From positions 691 through 64,690 of the forward strand of contig CAZJZV010000008.1 of assembly GCA_964550635.1 (NCBI GenBank): a stretch of DNA of 64,000 nt. The letters run 5' to 3'. The number at the start of each line of letters is the position of its first letter. The stretch's first letter is position 1. Both the position numbers and the translations under genes were made by a program. The stretch is from an uncultured Bacteroidaceae bacterium. GTDB taxonomy: Bacteria; Bacillota; Clostridia; Christensenellales; CAG-917. The notes under the pieces are model-generated. The model had not been told where the DNA came from and did no database searches. It worked only from the letters and a program-made list of their open reading frames with translations. Shown one piece after another: positions 47,789-58,118 of this stretch.

Positions 47789-47895
47789 ATCAATACTAAT
47801 AACCATAATCGGAGCATCTTCGCATTTGCTTGCGCGGTAGCGGTCTTGCTTCGTGATATTACAACGTGCAGTAGAACTGCAAAAGGAACTATAAG

Positions 47896-49197
47896 ATGTA
47901 CAGAACGTTTCGTCGCGGAACACATCCAAACGCAAACAAACGCACCAAGGATTGTCCGCTTTACGATTTCAGCATTCCTGACAAACTCTATGTTTCTTTA
48001 TCTCAACACATCGGCGCACCCGCAAAAGCGATAGTCGCAGTCGGCGACTACGTCAAAGAGGGACAGATGATAGGCGAGGCGAGTGGATTCGTGTCCGCTC
48101 ACGTTTTCGCACCCGTTTCGGGGACTGTCAGTGCGATAAAACGTCTTTCCACCGCCAACGGCGGCGAGGCGGACCATATCGTCATCGACAACGATTTCAA
48201 GTACGACAAAGTTTCCCTTCCCGTCCTTGAAAACCCCGACCGCGACGAGATATTGGCACGCATAAAAGAAGCAGGAATAGTCGGCATGGGCGGAGCAACT
48301 TTCCCCACTCACGTCAAATTCGCACCGTCGAAACCCGTTGACTCTCTCATCATCAACGGCGCGGAATGCGAGCCTTACATAACTTGCGACTATCGACTTC
48401 TCGTCGAGCACACGGACGAATTCCTCCGCGGTGTCCGCTACGAGATGAAAGCACTTGGCGTCAAGAAAGCGTATATCGGCGTCGAGTCCAACAAGAAAGA
48501 AGCGATCGCAATTCTTGCGAACAAATGCCCCGAAGGCGGAGATATTTCGGTGCTTACCCTTGTTGCGAAATATCCGCAAGGCGCGGAAAAGCAACTCATC
48601 TACGCCATTTTGAAGCGTGCAGTCCCGCCGGGAGGACTTCCTGCGGACGTCGGTTGCGTGGTGTCCAACGTGCATACCGCACTTGCAGTTGCAAGAGCAA
48701 TCGAACTCGGCGAACCGCTTTATAAACGTGCTATGACGGTGTCGGGCAAAGGCGTTGACAAGATCGGAAACTACTGGGTGCGCACAGGCACGCTCTATTC
48801 CTATATCTACGACCATTGTCGCGGTAGCGTTGACGAAGACGCAACCAAAAAGGTTGTCAGCGGCGGTCCTATGATGGGATTTGCGCAGGCGGATTTGAAC
48901 GTGGCATGCACGAAAGGCTCGTCCGCACTTCTGTTCTTGACCAAGAAAGAATTTAATACGGACGGCACCACGCAGTGCATCAACTGCGGAAAGTGCATTC
49001 AACGTTGCCCTATGAACCTTATGCCCAGAGATATTGAAAGGGCAATCATCGCGGGCGACTACGAAACCACTGCGAAACTCGGCGTTATGAACTGTATCGA
49101 ATGCGGAGTTTGCTCCTATTGTTGTCCGTCCAAGCGCCCGCTCGTTCAGGCGATCAGGCTCTCCAAAAAGGAAATAAAAATAAGGGGGATAAAGTGA
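47896..49197 (+). CDS. rnfC: Rnf electron transport complex subunit C
   Basis: GMGGATFPTHVK and two 4Fe-4S motifs (CINCGKCIQRCP, CIECGVCSYCCP). It is the first gene of a CDGEAB cluster. Confidence 0.9.
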   Translation: MYRTFRRGTHPNANKRTKDCPLYDFSIPDKLYVSLSQHIGAPAKAIVAVGDYVKEGQMIGEASGFVSAHVFAPVSGTVSAIKRLSTANGGEADHIVIDNDFKYDKVSLPVLENPDRDEILARIKEAGIVGMGGATFPTHVKFAPSKPVDSLIINGAECEPYITCDYRLLVEHTDEFLRGVRYEMKALGVKKAYIGVESNKKEAIAILANKCPEGGDISVLTLVAKYPQGAEKQLIYAILKRAVPPGGLPADVGCVVSNVHTALAVARAIELGEPLYKRAMTVSGKGVDKIGNYWVRTGTLYSYIYDHCRGSVDEDATKKVVSGGPMMGFAQADLNVACTKGSSALLFLTKKEFNTDGTTQCINCGKCIQRCPMNLMPRDIERAIIAGDYETTAKLGVMNCIECGVCSYCCPSKRPLVQAIRLSKKEIKIRGIK

Positions 49198-49198
49198 T

Positions 49199-50293
49199 AT
49201 GTCTAAATACGTAGTTTCGACTTCTCCCCACATTACCTCTCCGACAAGCACGAGAAAAGTCATGCTCGACGTCATCATCGCGCTTTGTCCTACGCTCATC
49301 GCGTCCGTGTTGATTTACGGATTCTATCCGCTTTTCTTGACGGTTTTGAGTGTTGCGACGGCGGTATTTTGCGAGTGGCTCTTCAACGTGATCACCAAGA
49401 GAGAACAATCGGTCGGAGATTTGTCCGCAATCGTTACGGGCATGATTTTCGCACTCAACTTGCCCGCGGTCGTGCCTTTCTACGTGGCGATCGTCGGCGC
49501 GGCGTTTGCAATTCTCGTCGTCAAGATGCTTTTCGGCGGAATAGGCAGAAACTTCGCAAACCCCGCCATTGCCGCACGTATCTTCGTAATGTTGTGTTGG
49601 ACGGGTGTTATGACGAAATTCGTCGCACCTATCGACCTGTCCGACGGAGCGAATTTGTTCACCTACTTTGGTCAAGCGGTCAATATCAATCTTCCCGACG
49701 CAATCACCACCGCGACTCCGCTTTCGGTCGTTGAAGGCGTGACCAGAGGTTTGAACCCCGCGGAAGGACTCAGCGCACTCGATATGTTCCTTGGCAGAAT
49801 CGGCGGAAGCGCAGGCGAAGTTTGTACGCTCGCGGTTTTGATCGGCGCGGTATACCTTATTATTAGACGCACGATAGACGTCCGTATCCCCGTCATCTAT
49901 ATCGCATCCGTCGTGGTGTTCACCGCAATCTTCTATGCGAATACCGGTTACGTTGGCGAATATATTTGGACGTTCTTGCTCGGCGGCGGTCTTATGTTCG
50001 GTGCGTTCTTCATGGCGACCGATTATGCGACTTCACCGAAATCAACTCTTGCGGTCGTACTGTTCGGCATAGGACTCGGATTTATCACCGTCATCATCAG
50101 ACGGTTCGGCTCGTACCCCGAGGGCGTGTCGTTTGCAATACTCCTTATGAATATCGCGACTCCGCTCCTTGAAAAACTTCGTCCGAAGGCGTTCGGCACT
50201 CCCAGAACGAATATCGCGAAGAAACCTAAAGAAATTATCGTAAAAATCGAAGAAAAGCGTCTTGCCAAAAGAGACGCAAAGGAGGCGGAATGA
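49199..50293 (+). CDS. rnfD: Rnf electron transport complex subunit D
   Basis: 364-aa polytopic membrane protein. SPHITSPTSTRKVMLDVIIALCP is an RnfD/NqrB-type N-terminus. It has the expected position in the operon. Confidence 0.85.
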   Translation: MSKYVVSTSPHITSPTSTRKVMLDVIIALCPTLIASVLIYGFYPLFLTVLSVATAVFCEWLFNVITKREQSVGDLSAIVTGMIFALNLPAVVPFYVAIVGAAFAILVVKMLFGGIGRNFANPAIAARIFVMLCWTGVMTKFVAPIDLSDGANLFTYFGQAVNINLPDAITTATPLSVVEGVTRGLNPAEGLSALDMFLGRIGGSAGEVCTLAVLIGAVYLIIRRTIDVRIPVIYIASVVVFTAIFYANTGYVGEYIWTFLLGGGLMFGAFFMATDYATSPKSTLAVVLFGIGLGFITVIIRRFGSYPEGVSFAILLMNIATPLLEKLRPKAFGTPRTNIAKKPKEIIVKIEEKRLAKRDAKEAE

Positions 50294-50904
50294 TGACTGA
50301 ACAAGTTGCAACCACTCCAAAAAAACAAAGATTTCTCACGAAAGACCTTGTGAAATGCGTCGTAGTACTTGCCGCTATCGCACTCGTTGCGGGCATCCTT
50401 CTCGGCGTTATGAACTGGGTTACCTACGTGGACCCCGACGAAACCATTATGAAAGAAGTCGCAACCTTCTTCGGAGTGGACGTCGGCGGAATCGCAAAAT
50501 CGGAAGACAGAGTGCTTGACGAATACGTCAATTCCTGTTTCGTGGCGACGGCGGACGGAAACGAAATCGGCTATTGCTACTACACGACCGGGAAAGGCGC
50601 AAAGGACGGCACCATTGAAATGCTCGTCTATATCGGAGTGGACGGCGTAATCAAAGACGTCGTAGTCTACGAGCAGGGTGAAACCGCGGGTTATTTCAAC
50701 AAAGTCGAAAAAGCAAACAAAGCAAAATACGTCGGGCTCGACCTCGACGAAATCGACGGTTTGACTTTCTACAAAAAGTCCCCGTTGTCCGACCTCAAGG
50801 ACGGAGAAGTCGTCGCACTTTCGGGCGCAACCTTCACGTCTACCGGTTATCACAACGCGGTCGACGCCGCGGTGCGTGCGTACAAAGCATATAAGGAGGC
50901 GTGA
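50290..50904 (+). CDS. rnfG: Rnf electron transport complex subunit G
   Basis: N-terminal TM helix plus an FMN-binding domain with the SGATFTSTG motif. Its ends overlap both neighbours. Confidence 0.85.
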   Translation: MMTEQVATTPKKQRFLTKDLVKCVVVLAAIALVAGILLGVMNWVTYVDPDETIMKEVATFFGVDVGGIAKSEDRVLDEYVNSCFVATADGNEIGYCYYTTGKGAKDGTIEMLVYIGVDGVIKDVVVYEQGETAGYFNKVEKANKAKYVGLDLDEIDGLTFYKKSPLSDLKDGEVVALSGATFTSTGYHNAVDAAVRAYKAYKEA

Positions 50905-51614
50905 TTATGGCAAAAGATAAAGGCAAAATTTTGACCAACGGCATAATCACCTCAAACCCCGTGTTCAGACTCGTGCTCGGCACCTGTCCTACGCTTGCGG
51001 TTTCGACGTCCGCTTTCAACGGACTCGGCATGGGACTTGCGGCGACCGTGGTTTTGGTTTGCTCGAATATGCTCGTATCGTTGTTGCGTAGCATAATTCC
51101 CGACAAGGTGAGAATCCCTTGCTACGTTCTCATCATAGCGACTTTCGTGACTATCGTCGAAATGTTGCTCAAGAAGTTCGTTCCCGCACTGTATAGTGCG
51201 CTCGGCATATATCTGCCGCTCATAGTCGTCAACTGTATCATCCTTGCAAGAGCGGAAGCGTTCGCAAGCACGAACAAAGTCGGCGACAGCATTCTCGACG
51301 GTCTTGGTATGGGACTCGGATTCACGCTCTCCCTTACCGCAATGGGCTTCATCAGAGAACTCATCGGCGCAGGTACGATATTCGCAGGCTCTCTCGGCTC
51401 GTTGACCTTTGGACTTACGCTTGCTCCCGACTACGCGCTTTCGGTGTTCGTTATGCCGGCGGGCGGATTCCTTGTGTTCGGACTTATGATGGCGCTCATC
51501 AACTATATCTCGGACAAGAATGCGGAGAAACGTAGAGCGAAACTCGAAGAGGCGGCGGCTCACATAGAAGACGCGAAAAACGACCTTGACGGCGCAGAGG
51601 AGGTGGCACAATGA
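50901..51614 (+). CDS. rnfE: Rnf electron transport complex subunit E
   Basis: NGIITSNPVFRLVLGTCPTLAVS and LGIYLPLIVVNCIILARAEAFA are RnfE/NqrD-type motifs. Confidence 0.85.
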   Translation: MIMAKDKGKILTNGIITSNPVFRLVLGTCPTLAVSTSAFNGLGMGLAATVVLVCSNMLVSLLRSIIPDKVRIPCYVLIIATFVTIVEMLLKKFVPALYSALGIYLPLIVVNCIILARAEAFASTNKVGDSILDGLGMGLGFTLSLTAMGFIRELIGAGTIFAGSLGSLTFGLTLAPDYALSVFVMPAGGFLVFGLMMALINYISDKNAEKRRAKLEEAAAHIEDAKNDLDGAEEVAQ

Positions 51615-52198
51615 GTTATTTCTACCTTATTATCGGCGCAATATTCGTGAACAACTTCGTGCTTTGTCAATTCCTTGGATGCTGTCCTTTCTTGGGCGTT
51701 TCCAAAAAGACCGACACTGCACTCGGTATGGGCATAGCGGTTATCTTCGTTATGGGTATCGCGTCCATATTCACTTGGCTCATACAAAAACTGCTCGTCG
51801 TTGCAGGGATAGAGTATTTGCAAACAATAGCGTTCATTCTCGTCATCGCGGCTCTCGTCCAACTTGTCGAAATGGTGCTCAAAAAGTTTATGCCCGCCCT
51901 TTATAGCGCACTCGGAGTTTATCTTCCCTTGATTACGACCAACTGCGCGGTGCTCGGCGTCGCAATTCTCAACATACAGTCCTACGGTGTTGCGGAAGGC
52001 ATCAGTCTGTTGCAATCCTTCTTGAACGGTGTGTTCAGCGGTTGCGGATTCACTCTTTCCATACTCCTGCTTGCAGGCATCCGCGAAAGAATGGATATAA
52101 CCCTTGTTCCCAAACCTTTCAGAGGTTTCCCCATCACCCTCATCACCGCCTCCATTATGGCAATGGCGTTCACTGCGTTCAGCGGTATGATTAGTTAG
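51611..52198 (+). CDS. rnfA: Rnf electron transport complex subunit A
   Basis: FVNNFVLCQFLGCCPFLGVS and LGVYLPLITTNCAVLGVA are RnfA/NqrE-type motifs. Confidence 0.85.
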   Translation: MSYFYLIIGAIFVNNFVLCQFLGCCPFLGVSKKTDTALGMGIAVIFVMGIASIFTWLIQKLLVVAGIEYLQTIAFILVIAALVQLVEMVLKKFMPALYSALGVYLPLITTNCAVLGVAILNIQSYGVAEGISLLQSFLNGVFSGCGFTLSILLLAGIRERMDITLVPKPFRGFPITLITASIMAMAFTAFSGMIS

Positions 52199-52211
52199 GA
52201 GGTATGCGATT

Positions 52212-53039
52212 ATGAATACGTTAATTTCTGCCGCAACCGTCGATCCTATGACGATACTGTATTCAGTGCTCGTCCTGTTCGTCACCGCTCTCGTGCTCGG
52301 TATCCTGCTCGCGGTATGCGGAAAAAAATTCACGGTGCAGGAAGATGAAAGAATAGGTGAAATCACCAAGAAACTTTCGGGTGCTAACTGCGGTGGTTGC
52401 GGTTATGCGGGTTGTGCGGACTTTGCAAAGGCACTCGTAGAAGGAAAAGCGGAAGTGGACGCTTGCTCGGCGACTCCCGCAGAAAACAAAAAACAAATCG
52501 GAGATATACTCGGCGTATCGGTCAGCGGTGAAGAAACCAAACTCGTTGTCTGTTGCAGAGGTGGTAACAACGCGACCGATAAGTACGAATATATGGGTTA
52601 CGGCGATTGCAGAAGTATGGAACTTCTCGGAGGCGGGCGCAAACAGTGCAAATGGGGTTGTCTCGGTATGGGCTCCTGCACCGACTGTTGTCCCGAACAC
52701 GCTATCGACGTGCGCGACGGCGGATTTGCCTACATAGACCACGAGAAATGTATCGCGTGCGGTAGGTGTATCGTCGCTTGCCCGAAGGCAATCATCAAAC
52801 GTATACCCAAACAAGCAAAAGTTTACGTCGCTTGCTCGAACTGTCTACGCGGTGCGAAAGACGTCAGAGCAATGTGCAAAACCGGTTGCGTAGGTTGCGG
52901 ACTTTGCGCAAAAATCTGCCCCGAACACGCAATCGAAATGGTGAACAATCTTCCCGTCATCGACTACTCGAAGTGTATGAGTTGCGGAAAGTGTTCAGAA
53001 AAGTGTCCGTCGAAGTGCATAATCTATCTCGACGAATAA
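52212..53039 (+). CDS. rnfB: Rnf electron transport complex subunit B
   Basis: N-terminal TM helix, the CGGCGYAGCADFA cluster motif and several ferredoxin-type CxxCxxCxxxCP motifs. Confidence 0.85.
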   Translation: MNTLISAATVDPMTILYSVLVLFVTALVLGILLAVCGKKFTVQEDERIGEITKKLSGANCGGCGYAGCADFAKALVEGKAEVDACSATPAENKKQIGDILGVSVSGEETKLVVCCRGGNNATDKYEYMGYGDCRSMELLGGGRKQCKWGCLGMGSCTDCCPEHAIDVRDGGFAYIDHEKCIACGRCIVACPKAIIKRIPKQAKVYVACSNCLRGAKDVRAMCKTGCVGCGLCAKICPEHAIEMVNNLPVIDYSKCMSCGKCSEKCPSKCIIYLDE

Positions 53040-53078
53040 TCATGATTAACAAGGGCAAACGCCCACAGGAGAAATAAT

Positions 53079-54599
53079 ATGGAAAAAATCGCTATAATTG
53101 ACCTTGGCTCCAACTCTGCAAGGCTGGTTTTGGTCAACATACTCGAAGGGGGATATTTCGTGGTGTTCGACGAACTGAAAGAAACGGTTCGTTTGGGACA
53201 GGATATGGATTGGGACGGTTTCATCAAACCCCAACGTATCGCACAAACCATAAAAACACTTACGATGTTCCGCCGTTTGTGCGACGCAAACCATGTTGAC
53301 AAGATTTTCGCCTATGCGACCGCTGCCGTCAGACGCGCTAAAAATCAAAAGTCCTTCCTTGACGAAGTGGCTATGACTTGCGGTATCAAAATCAAAGTCC
53401 TGTCCGTCGAAGAACAAGCGATGCTCGTCTATCAAGGCGTCATCAACTCTATGGACATCCCCAAAGGACTCATCATGGAAATGGGCGGCGGTAGCACCAA
53501 CCTTATCTATTATAATCGTAGAAACCTTATCCACTACGATACGTTGCCTTTCGGTTCCGTCACTCTGACCGACCTGTTCAAAAACGACAGTTCGGAGCCC
53601 GAAGAGCGCGCAAGAAAAATCGAGGAGTTCATCGGCGAACAACTCGACAAAATCCCTTGGCTCTCTCAAGTCGAACCCGACACGAATTTCGTGGGCGTCG
53701 GCGGTGCGTTCAGAAACCTTGGCAGAATAAGCAGAATTATCCGCAAATATCCGTTCAGTATGACTCACAACTACGAAGTCCCCGTCGAAGAGTTTGACAA
53801 TATCTATTCCATCATCAGAAAACTCGACCTCGACAGCACGATGAAAATCAAGGGACTTTCGAGCGGTAGGGCGGATATATTCCCCAGTGCGCTTGCGGTT
53901 ATGAAAGCGGTGCTTTCTCGCTTCACGTTCGAGAAGATAACCATAAGCGGTTGCGGACTCCGCGAAGGCGCAATGTTCCGTTACGCCGTCCCCGGTGTAA
54001 ACGAACGCCCCATAAGCGACGTGCTTGGACATTCTCTCCGCACCCAAATGAAGTACTTCGACATCAACGAAGCGCACGCGGAACAAGTCTACGACTTGTC
54101 AATCCAACTCTTCAAGCAACTCAAAGTGTTGCACAAGATGCCCAGAACTTACGTGAGAGTGCTCAAAATCGCGGCGTTGCTCCACGATAGCGGTATGAGA
54201 ATCAAATACTACAACCACCAGTTGCACTCCGAGTATATCATTCTCAACGCAAACCTTTACGGCGTACCGCACAAGGATATTATTCTTGCGGCACTCGTTG
54301 CGTCGGGGCATAGGAAGACGTCCGAAATCTCAAGGGAAGAAATTGCAAAATATAGCAGTTTGTTCACGCAGGAAGATATTGATGCAATCAGAAAACTCAG
54401 CGTCATTCTCTGCATAGCGGAGAGTTTCGACCGCAGTCAAAGCGGTGTCGTCAAGGGTATCGACTGCGACGTACTGGGCGATAGCGTAATCGTCAAGACC
54501 GCAACCGACGGCGGAGATTGCTCTCTCGAAATCAGAGACGCAATGTCATCCGCGGCAGAGTTCAAAGCGGCGTATGGAAAGAACCTCGAAATCCTATAA
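53079..54599 (+). CDS. Ppx/GppA family phosphatase (exopolyphosphatase / pppGpp phosphohydrolase) with C-terminal HD domain
   Basis: ASKHA phosphate-1 motif IAIIDLGSNSARLV, EMGGGSTN, and an HD region AALLHDSG. 506 aa. Confidence 0.85.
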   Translation: MEKIAIIDLGSNSARLVLVNILEGGYFVVFDELKETVRLGQDMDWDGFIKPQRIAQTIKTLTMFRRLCDANHVDKIFAYATAAVRRAKNQKSFLDEVAMTCGIKIKVLSVEEQAMLVYQGVINSMDIPKGLIMEMGGGSTNLIYYNRRNLIHYDTLPFGSVTLTDLFKNDSSEPEERARKIEEFIGEQLDKIPWLSQVEPDTNFVGVGGAFRNLGRISRIIRKYPFSMTHNYEVPVEEFDNIYSIIRKLDLDSTMKIKGLSSGRADIFPSALAVMKAVLSRFTFEKITISGCGLREGAMFRYAVPGVNERPISDVLGHSLRTQMKYFDINEAHAEQVYDLSIQLFKQLKVLHKMPRTYVRVLKIAALLHDSGMRIKYYNHQLHSEYIILNANLYGVPHKDIILAALVASGHRKTSEISREEIAKYSSLFTQEDIDAIRKLSVILCIAESFDRSQSGVVKGIDCDVLGDSVIVKTATDGGDCSLEIRDAMSSAAEFKAAYGKNLEIL

Positions 54600-55158
54600 G
54601 ATAGTGCTTGCGTCGGGTTCGCCTCGTCGCAAGGAACTTCTTGAAAAGGCGGGGTACGACTTTGAAATTCTCGTGCCCGACGTGGACGAAAAAAGTGTAA
54701 GCGACAAGAGTCCGTCCCGTCTTGTCATCAAGGAATCAAGGCTCAAAAACCGCACTGCCGTTGAAACGTTCGGACTTGAAAACGACGTCGTCATTTCGGC
54801 AGATACGATAGTTTATCGCAAAAAAGAGTACGGTAAACCCCGCGATTTGCAAGATGCGGTGGATATTCTCACCACGCTTTGCGGAAAATGGCATAGCGTT
54901 TATACAGGGGTTACGGTGCGCGCATTCGGCAAGGAAAAGTCCTTCGCGGTGCGCTCTCTCGTCCGTCTGAAACACTTGTCTGAGCAAGAAATCAAAGACT
55001 ACGTCTACACGATGAAACCGCTCGACAAAGCGGGCGCGTACGCAATCCAAGAAAACACTATGGTCGAGAAATTCGTGGGCAGTTATGCAAATATCGTAGG
55101 ACTTCCCATCGAAAGACTTCAAAAAGAATTACAAAGGTTGGGTGTATTAAATGGCTAA
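54574..55158 (+). CDS. maf: Maf-like nucleoside triphosphate pyrophosphatase (septum formation protein)
   Basis: IVLASGSPRRKELL, plus ADTIV and KAGAYAIQ motifs. The ATG at 54574 overlaps ppx by 26 nt. An alternative GTG start exists at 54604. Confidence 0.85.
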   Translation: MERTSKSYKIVLASGSPRRKELLEKAGYDFEILVPDVDEKSVSDKSPSRLVIKESRLKNRTAVETFGLENDVVISADTIVYRKKEYGKPRDLQDAVDILTTLCGKWHSVYTGVTVRAFGKEKSFAVRSLVRLKHLSEQEIKDYVYTMKPLDKAGAYAIQENTMVEKFVGSYANIVGLPIERLQKELQRLGVLNG

Positions 55159-56149
55159 CGTCGAATTGTCAATAGACCTTGGCAGTAAGTATATCACGGT
55201 CTGCCAGACGGGGATTGGGCTTGTCTTGAAAGAGCCTGCAATCGCTATCGTCACCAAGGTTAAGGATAAAATCGAAATCCGCGAGGCAGGTTTCCGCGCG
55301 GAAAGCATTTTGTCCACCGCTCTAGGCGGCGCAAAACTCGTGTCCCCCGTGCACGAAGGGTTTATCGTTGACGAAGAAATGTTCACCCTTATGCTCAAAT
55401 ACTTCCTTGACAAAATCCTTCCGAAGTCCATATTCCCGCACAGGATTAAGGCAATCGTGTCCATAACCTGCGCAATGACCAACTCGGACAGACGACTTGT
55501 CGAGAAGTGTTTCGTGCGTGCGGGTATCAAGGAAGTTACGCTCGTCGAATCTCCGCTTTCTCTCATCGCGTATACGGGGAGTATCGGCGGACTTTTCGTG
55601 GATATGGGTGCGGGGAAAACTGAAATCGCATCCGTCACCAATCACGGTATCGCGTGCGGTGTCGCGGTGAATATCGCGGGAAATACGTTCAATAGCGCGA
55701 TTATCGACTATATCCAAAAGATTTACGGCATAAAACTCGGCGACTATACCGTCGAAAAAATGAAGAAAACCGCCTTGTCGTTCTACGTCAACGATGAGGG
55801 TAGATACGTCGCTAGCGGAAGCGGAAACGACGGAAGTCCCCGCTCGATAAGCGTGTCGGCGGAAGATATGCGCGAAGCGGTCATTCCCCTTGTGGACGAC
55901 GTCATCGAAGTGATAATGTCCGTGCTCGGACAGACTCCCCCCGAACTCAGTGCGGAAGTGTTGAGAAAGGGCATATTCATCACAGGCGGATCAACTCATA
56001 TTCCCGGACTCGTGGAATATATCGAACAAGCAATCGAACTTCCCGTCACCGTGCTCGGCGACGTCGAAAACGCGGTTGCGCTCGGCGGAGAAAAATTCTT
56101 CGCGGACAAAAATATGCTCAACAATTTGCTGGGCATAACTCTCGACTGA
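55151..56149 (+). CDS. mreB: MreB-family actin-like protein (divergent)
   Basis: ELSIDLGSKYITVCQTGIGLVLKEPAIAIV (phosphate-1 region), DMGAGKTEIASV (phosphate-2) and ITGGSTHIPGL. It follows maf, as in B. subtilis. Confidence 0.7.
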   Translation: MANVELSIDLGSKYITVCQTGIGLVLKEPAIAIVTKVKDKIEIREAGFRAESILSTALGGAKLVSPVHEGFIVDEEMFTLMLKYFLDKILPKSIFPHRIKAIVSITCAMTNSDRRLVEKCFVRAGIKEVTLVESPLSLIAYTGSIGGLFVDMGAGKTEIASVTNHGIACGVAVNIAGNTFNSAIIDYIQKIYGIKLGDYTVEKMKKTALSFYVNDEGRYVASGSGNDGSPRSISVSAEDMREAVIPLVDDVIEVIMSVLGQTPPELSAEVLRKGIFITGGSTHIPGLVEYIEQAIELPVTVLGDVENAVALGGEKFFADKNMLNNLLGITLD

Positions 56150-56150
56150 T

Positions 56151-57002
56151 ATGAAATCATTATCCGATTGCTACACCTTATATAACGGGGTTGAAATCCC
56201 TTGCGTAGGCTACGGCACCTACAAAACTCCCGACGGAGAAGTGTGCGCAGAAGGCGTGCGCGTTGCGCTTGAAAACGGCTACCGCCATATCGACACGGCG
56301 GAGTTTTACGCGAACGAAAAAGGGGTTGGCGAAGGGATAAGAAGAAGCGGTATATCTCGTGACGAAATCTTTGTCACGACAAAACTTTGGAACACTCATC
56401 AAGGCTACGATTCCACGTTGTTTTCCTTTGACGAATCCGCAAAGAAACTCGGCGTTGACGTCGTGGATTTATACCTTGTTCATTGGCCTATCGCAAACGA
56501 TTTTCGCGATGTTTATCCCGCTCGTTTTCTCGACACTTGGCGTGCTTTTGAAGAACTCTACAAAAGCGGTCGTGTTTGCGCAATCGGGGTTTGTAACTGC
56601 CTAAAACACCACTTAAACGTGCTTTTGGGTGAATGTGAAGTGAAACCGATGGTCAATCAAATCGAATATCATTACGGTTTCAGAGATGAAGAAACGGTTG
56701 AGTTTTCAAAGCAAAACGGATTGATCGTCGAAGCGTGGGCACCTCTATGCAAGGGTAGATTTTTCGGGCTTGATCCGCTCAAATCCGTCGCGGAAAAATA
56801 CGGCAAAACCGAGGCGCAAATTCTCGTGCGTTATATCCTTGAACACGGCGCACTTCCTTTGCCTAAATCGGTTACCCCCGCAAGAATCATAGAGAATGCG
56901 GACGTGTTCGATTTCTCTTTGTCCTCCGAAGACGTCGCTTTGCTCGACACGTTTGCGGGAGTGGGCAGACTCGGCTCGCACCCCGATCACGTCACTTTCT
57001 AA
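56151..57002 (+). CDS. aldo/keto reductase
   Basis: GYRHIDTAEFYANE, KLWNT and VDLYLVHWP motifs. 283 aa. Confidence 0.9.
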   Translation: MKSLSDCYTLYNGVEIPCVGYGTYKTPDGEVCAEGVRVALENGYRHIDTAEFYANEKGVGEGIRRSGISRDEIFVTTKLWNTHQGYDSTLFSFDESAKKLGVDVVDLYLVHWPIANDFRDVYPARFLDTWRAFEELYKSGRVCAIGVCNCLKHHLNVLLGECEVKPMVNQIEYHYGFRDEETVEFSKQNGLIVEAWAPLCKGRFFGLDPLKSVAEKYGKTEAQILVRYILEHGALPLPKSVTPARIIENADVFDFSLSSEDVALLDTFAGVGRLGSHPDHVTF

Positions 57003-57081
57003 AAACATATTCGGACAAAAGTCGCAATCGCAAAACATTTTAAGACACTCTTCGGAGTGTTTTTTGTTTTATCATTTACCT

Positions 57082-57828
57082 ATGAGAAAAATTGTTGTTA
57101 CGTCAGGTAAAGGCGGAGTCGGGAAAACCACCGTTACCGCTTCTCTCGGTAGGGCGATTGCGGACGAAGGGTTCAGAGTTGTGCTTGTGGACGGGGACGT
57201 CGGTTTGAATAATCTCGACGTCGTGGTCGGAGTGGAAAGCAAAGTGGTTTTCGATATGGGGGACGTTTTGACAGGAAAATGCCGTTTGTCGCAAGCACTC
57301 GTGGACGATAGGGAAAGCGCGGTCAAAGTCTTGCCGTCCGCGGTAAATAATTCGGTGGTAACCGCACAAGCGTTTCGTGGACTCATCGACGGATTGGATG
57401 ACTATGATTTCGTGCTTATTGACTGTCCTGCGGGGATAGAAGACGGATTTCATCGCGCGGTGTCCGCCGCGGACGAAGCGGTCGTCGTTACGACTCCGTC
57501 CGCCTCCGCAATCAGAGATGCGGACAAGGTGATTTCCTTGCTCGGAAGTTACAAGTTGCGGGATATATCCCTTGTTGTAAACCGCGTGCGTTACGATATG
57601 GTCGCGCGGGGTGAAATGCTCGGCGCACTGGATATCGGCAGACTTCTACGTCTACCCGTCGTGGGGATAATCCCCGAAGACGACTGCATAACACTATATC
57701 AACAACTGGGCAGAGTTCCCGATTTCTCGATGTCCGAAAAGTCTATGCGCGCGCTCGCGGACAATATCATCAACTTCACGAAAGAAGCCAAGGAGCCTAT
57801 GAAAAAAAGGAGGTGGCTTTTCATATGA
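57082..57828 (+). CDS. minD: septum site-determining protein MinD
   Basis: ATG 57082. It has the deviant Walker A TSGKGGVGKTT and Walker B LIDCPAG. The C-terminal amphipathic tail is KKRRWLFI. Confidence 0.85.
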   Translation: MRKIVVTSGKGGVGKTTVTASLGRAIADEGFRVVLVDGDVGLNNLDVVVGVESKVVFDMGDVLTGKCRLSQALVDDRESAVKVLPSAVNNSVVTAQAFRGLIDGLDDYDFVLIDCPAGIEDGFHRAVSAADEAVVVTTPSASAIRDADKVISLLGSYKLRDISLVVNRVRYDMVARGEMLGALDIGRLLRLPVVGIIPEDDCITLYQQLGRVPDFSMSEKSMRALADNIINFTKEAKEPMKKRRWLFI

Positions 57829-58082
57829 AACCCGTGAAACTGATGACCGAAAGAATGAAAAACATGCTCGTCCGCGACAAAATGGGTGTGGGAGAAGGTT
57901 TTTCATCCGCACTCAAAGGTGACGTTGAAAGATTGCTACTCGACTATTTCGCCCTGACCGACGTCGATTTGAGAGTCGACCTTGACGACGACGGATATTA
58001 TAAAATCCGCATTGTCGGCACCGCTACCGCCGTCAAAAGTTTTTCGTCAACCGCGGATATGCAAACAAAAAGGAATATATAA
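57825..58082 (+). CDS. minE: cell division topological specificity factor MinE
   Basis: About 85 aa. Its ATG overlaps the minD stop (ATGA) and follows AGGAGG. The size and position fit MinE, but sequence similarity is only loosely recognised. Confidence 0.55.
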   Translation: MKPVKLMTERMKNMLVRDKMGVGEGFSSALKGDVERLLLDYFALTDVDLRVDLDDDGYYKIRIVGTATAVKSFSSTADMQTKRNI

Positions 58083-58118
58083 CGACCGCCTTGCATAAAG
58101 TCTTGCAGAGGTGAAAAT

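Noticed and set aside
47998-49299. 433-aa minus-strand ORF. Similar long antisense ORFs are at 50023..50853, 50952..51611, 51560..52369, 53046..54086, 59508..60371 and 63060..63926
   Set aside because: All lie opposite well-supported genes (rnfCDGEA, ppx, ROK kinase, RNase G). They have Arg/His/Val/Asp-rich shadow composition and no independent motifs.
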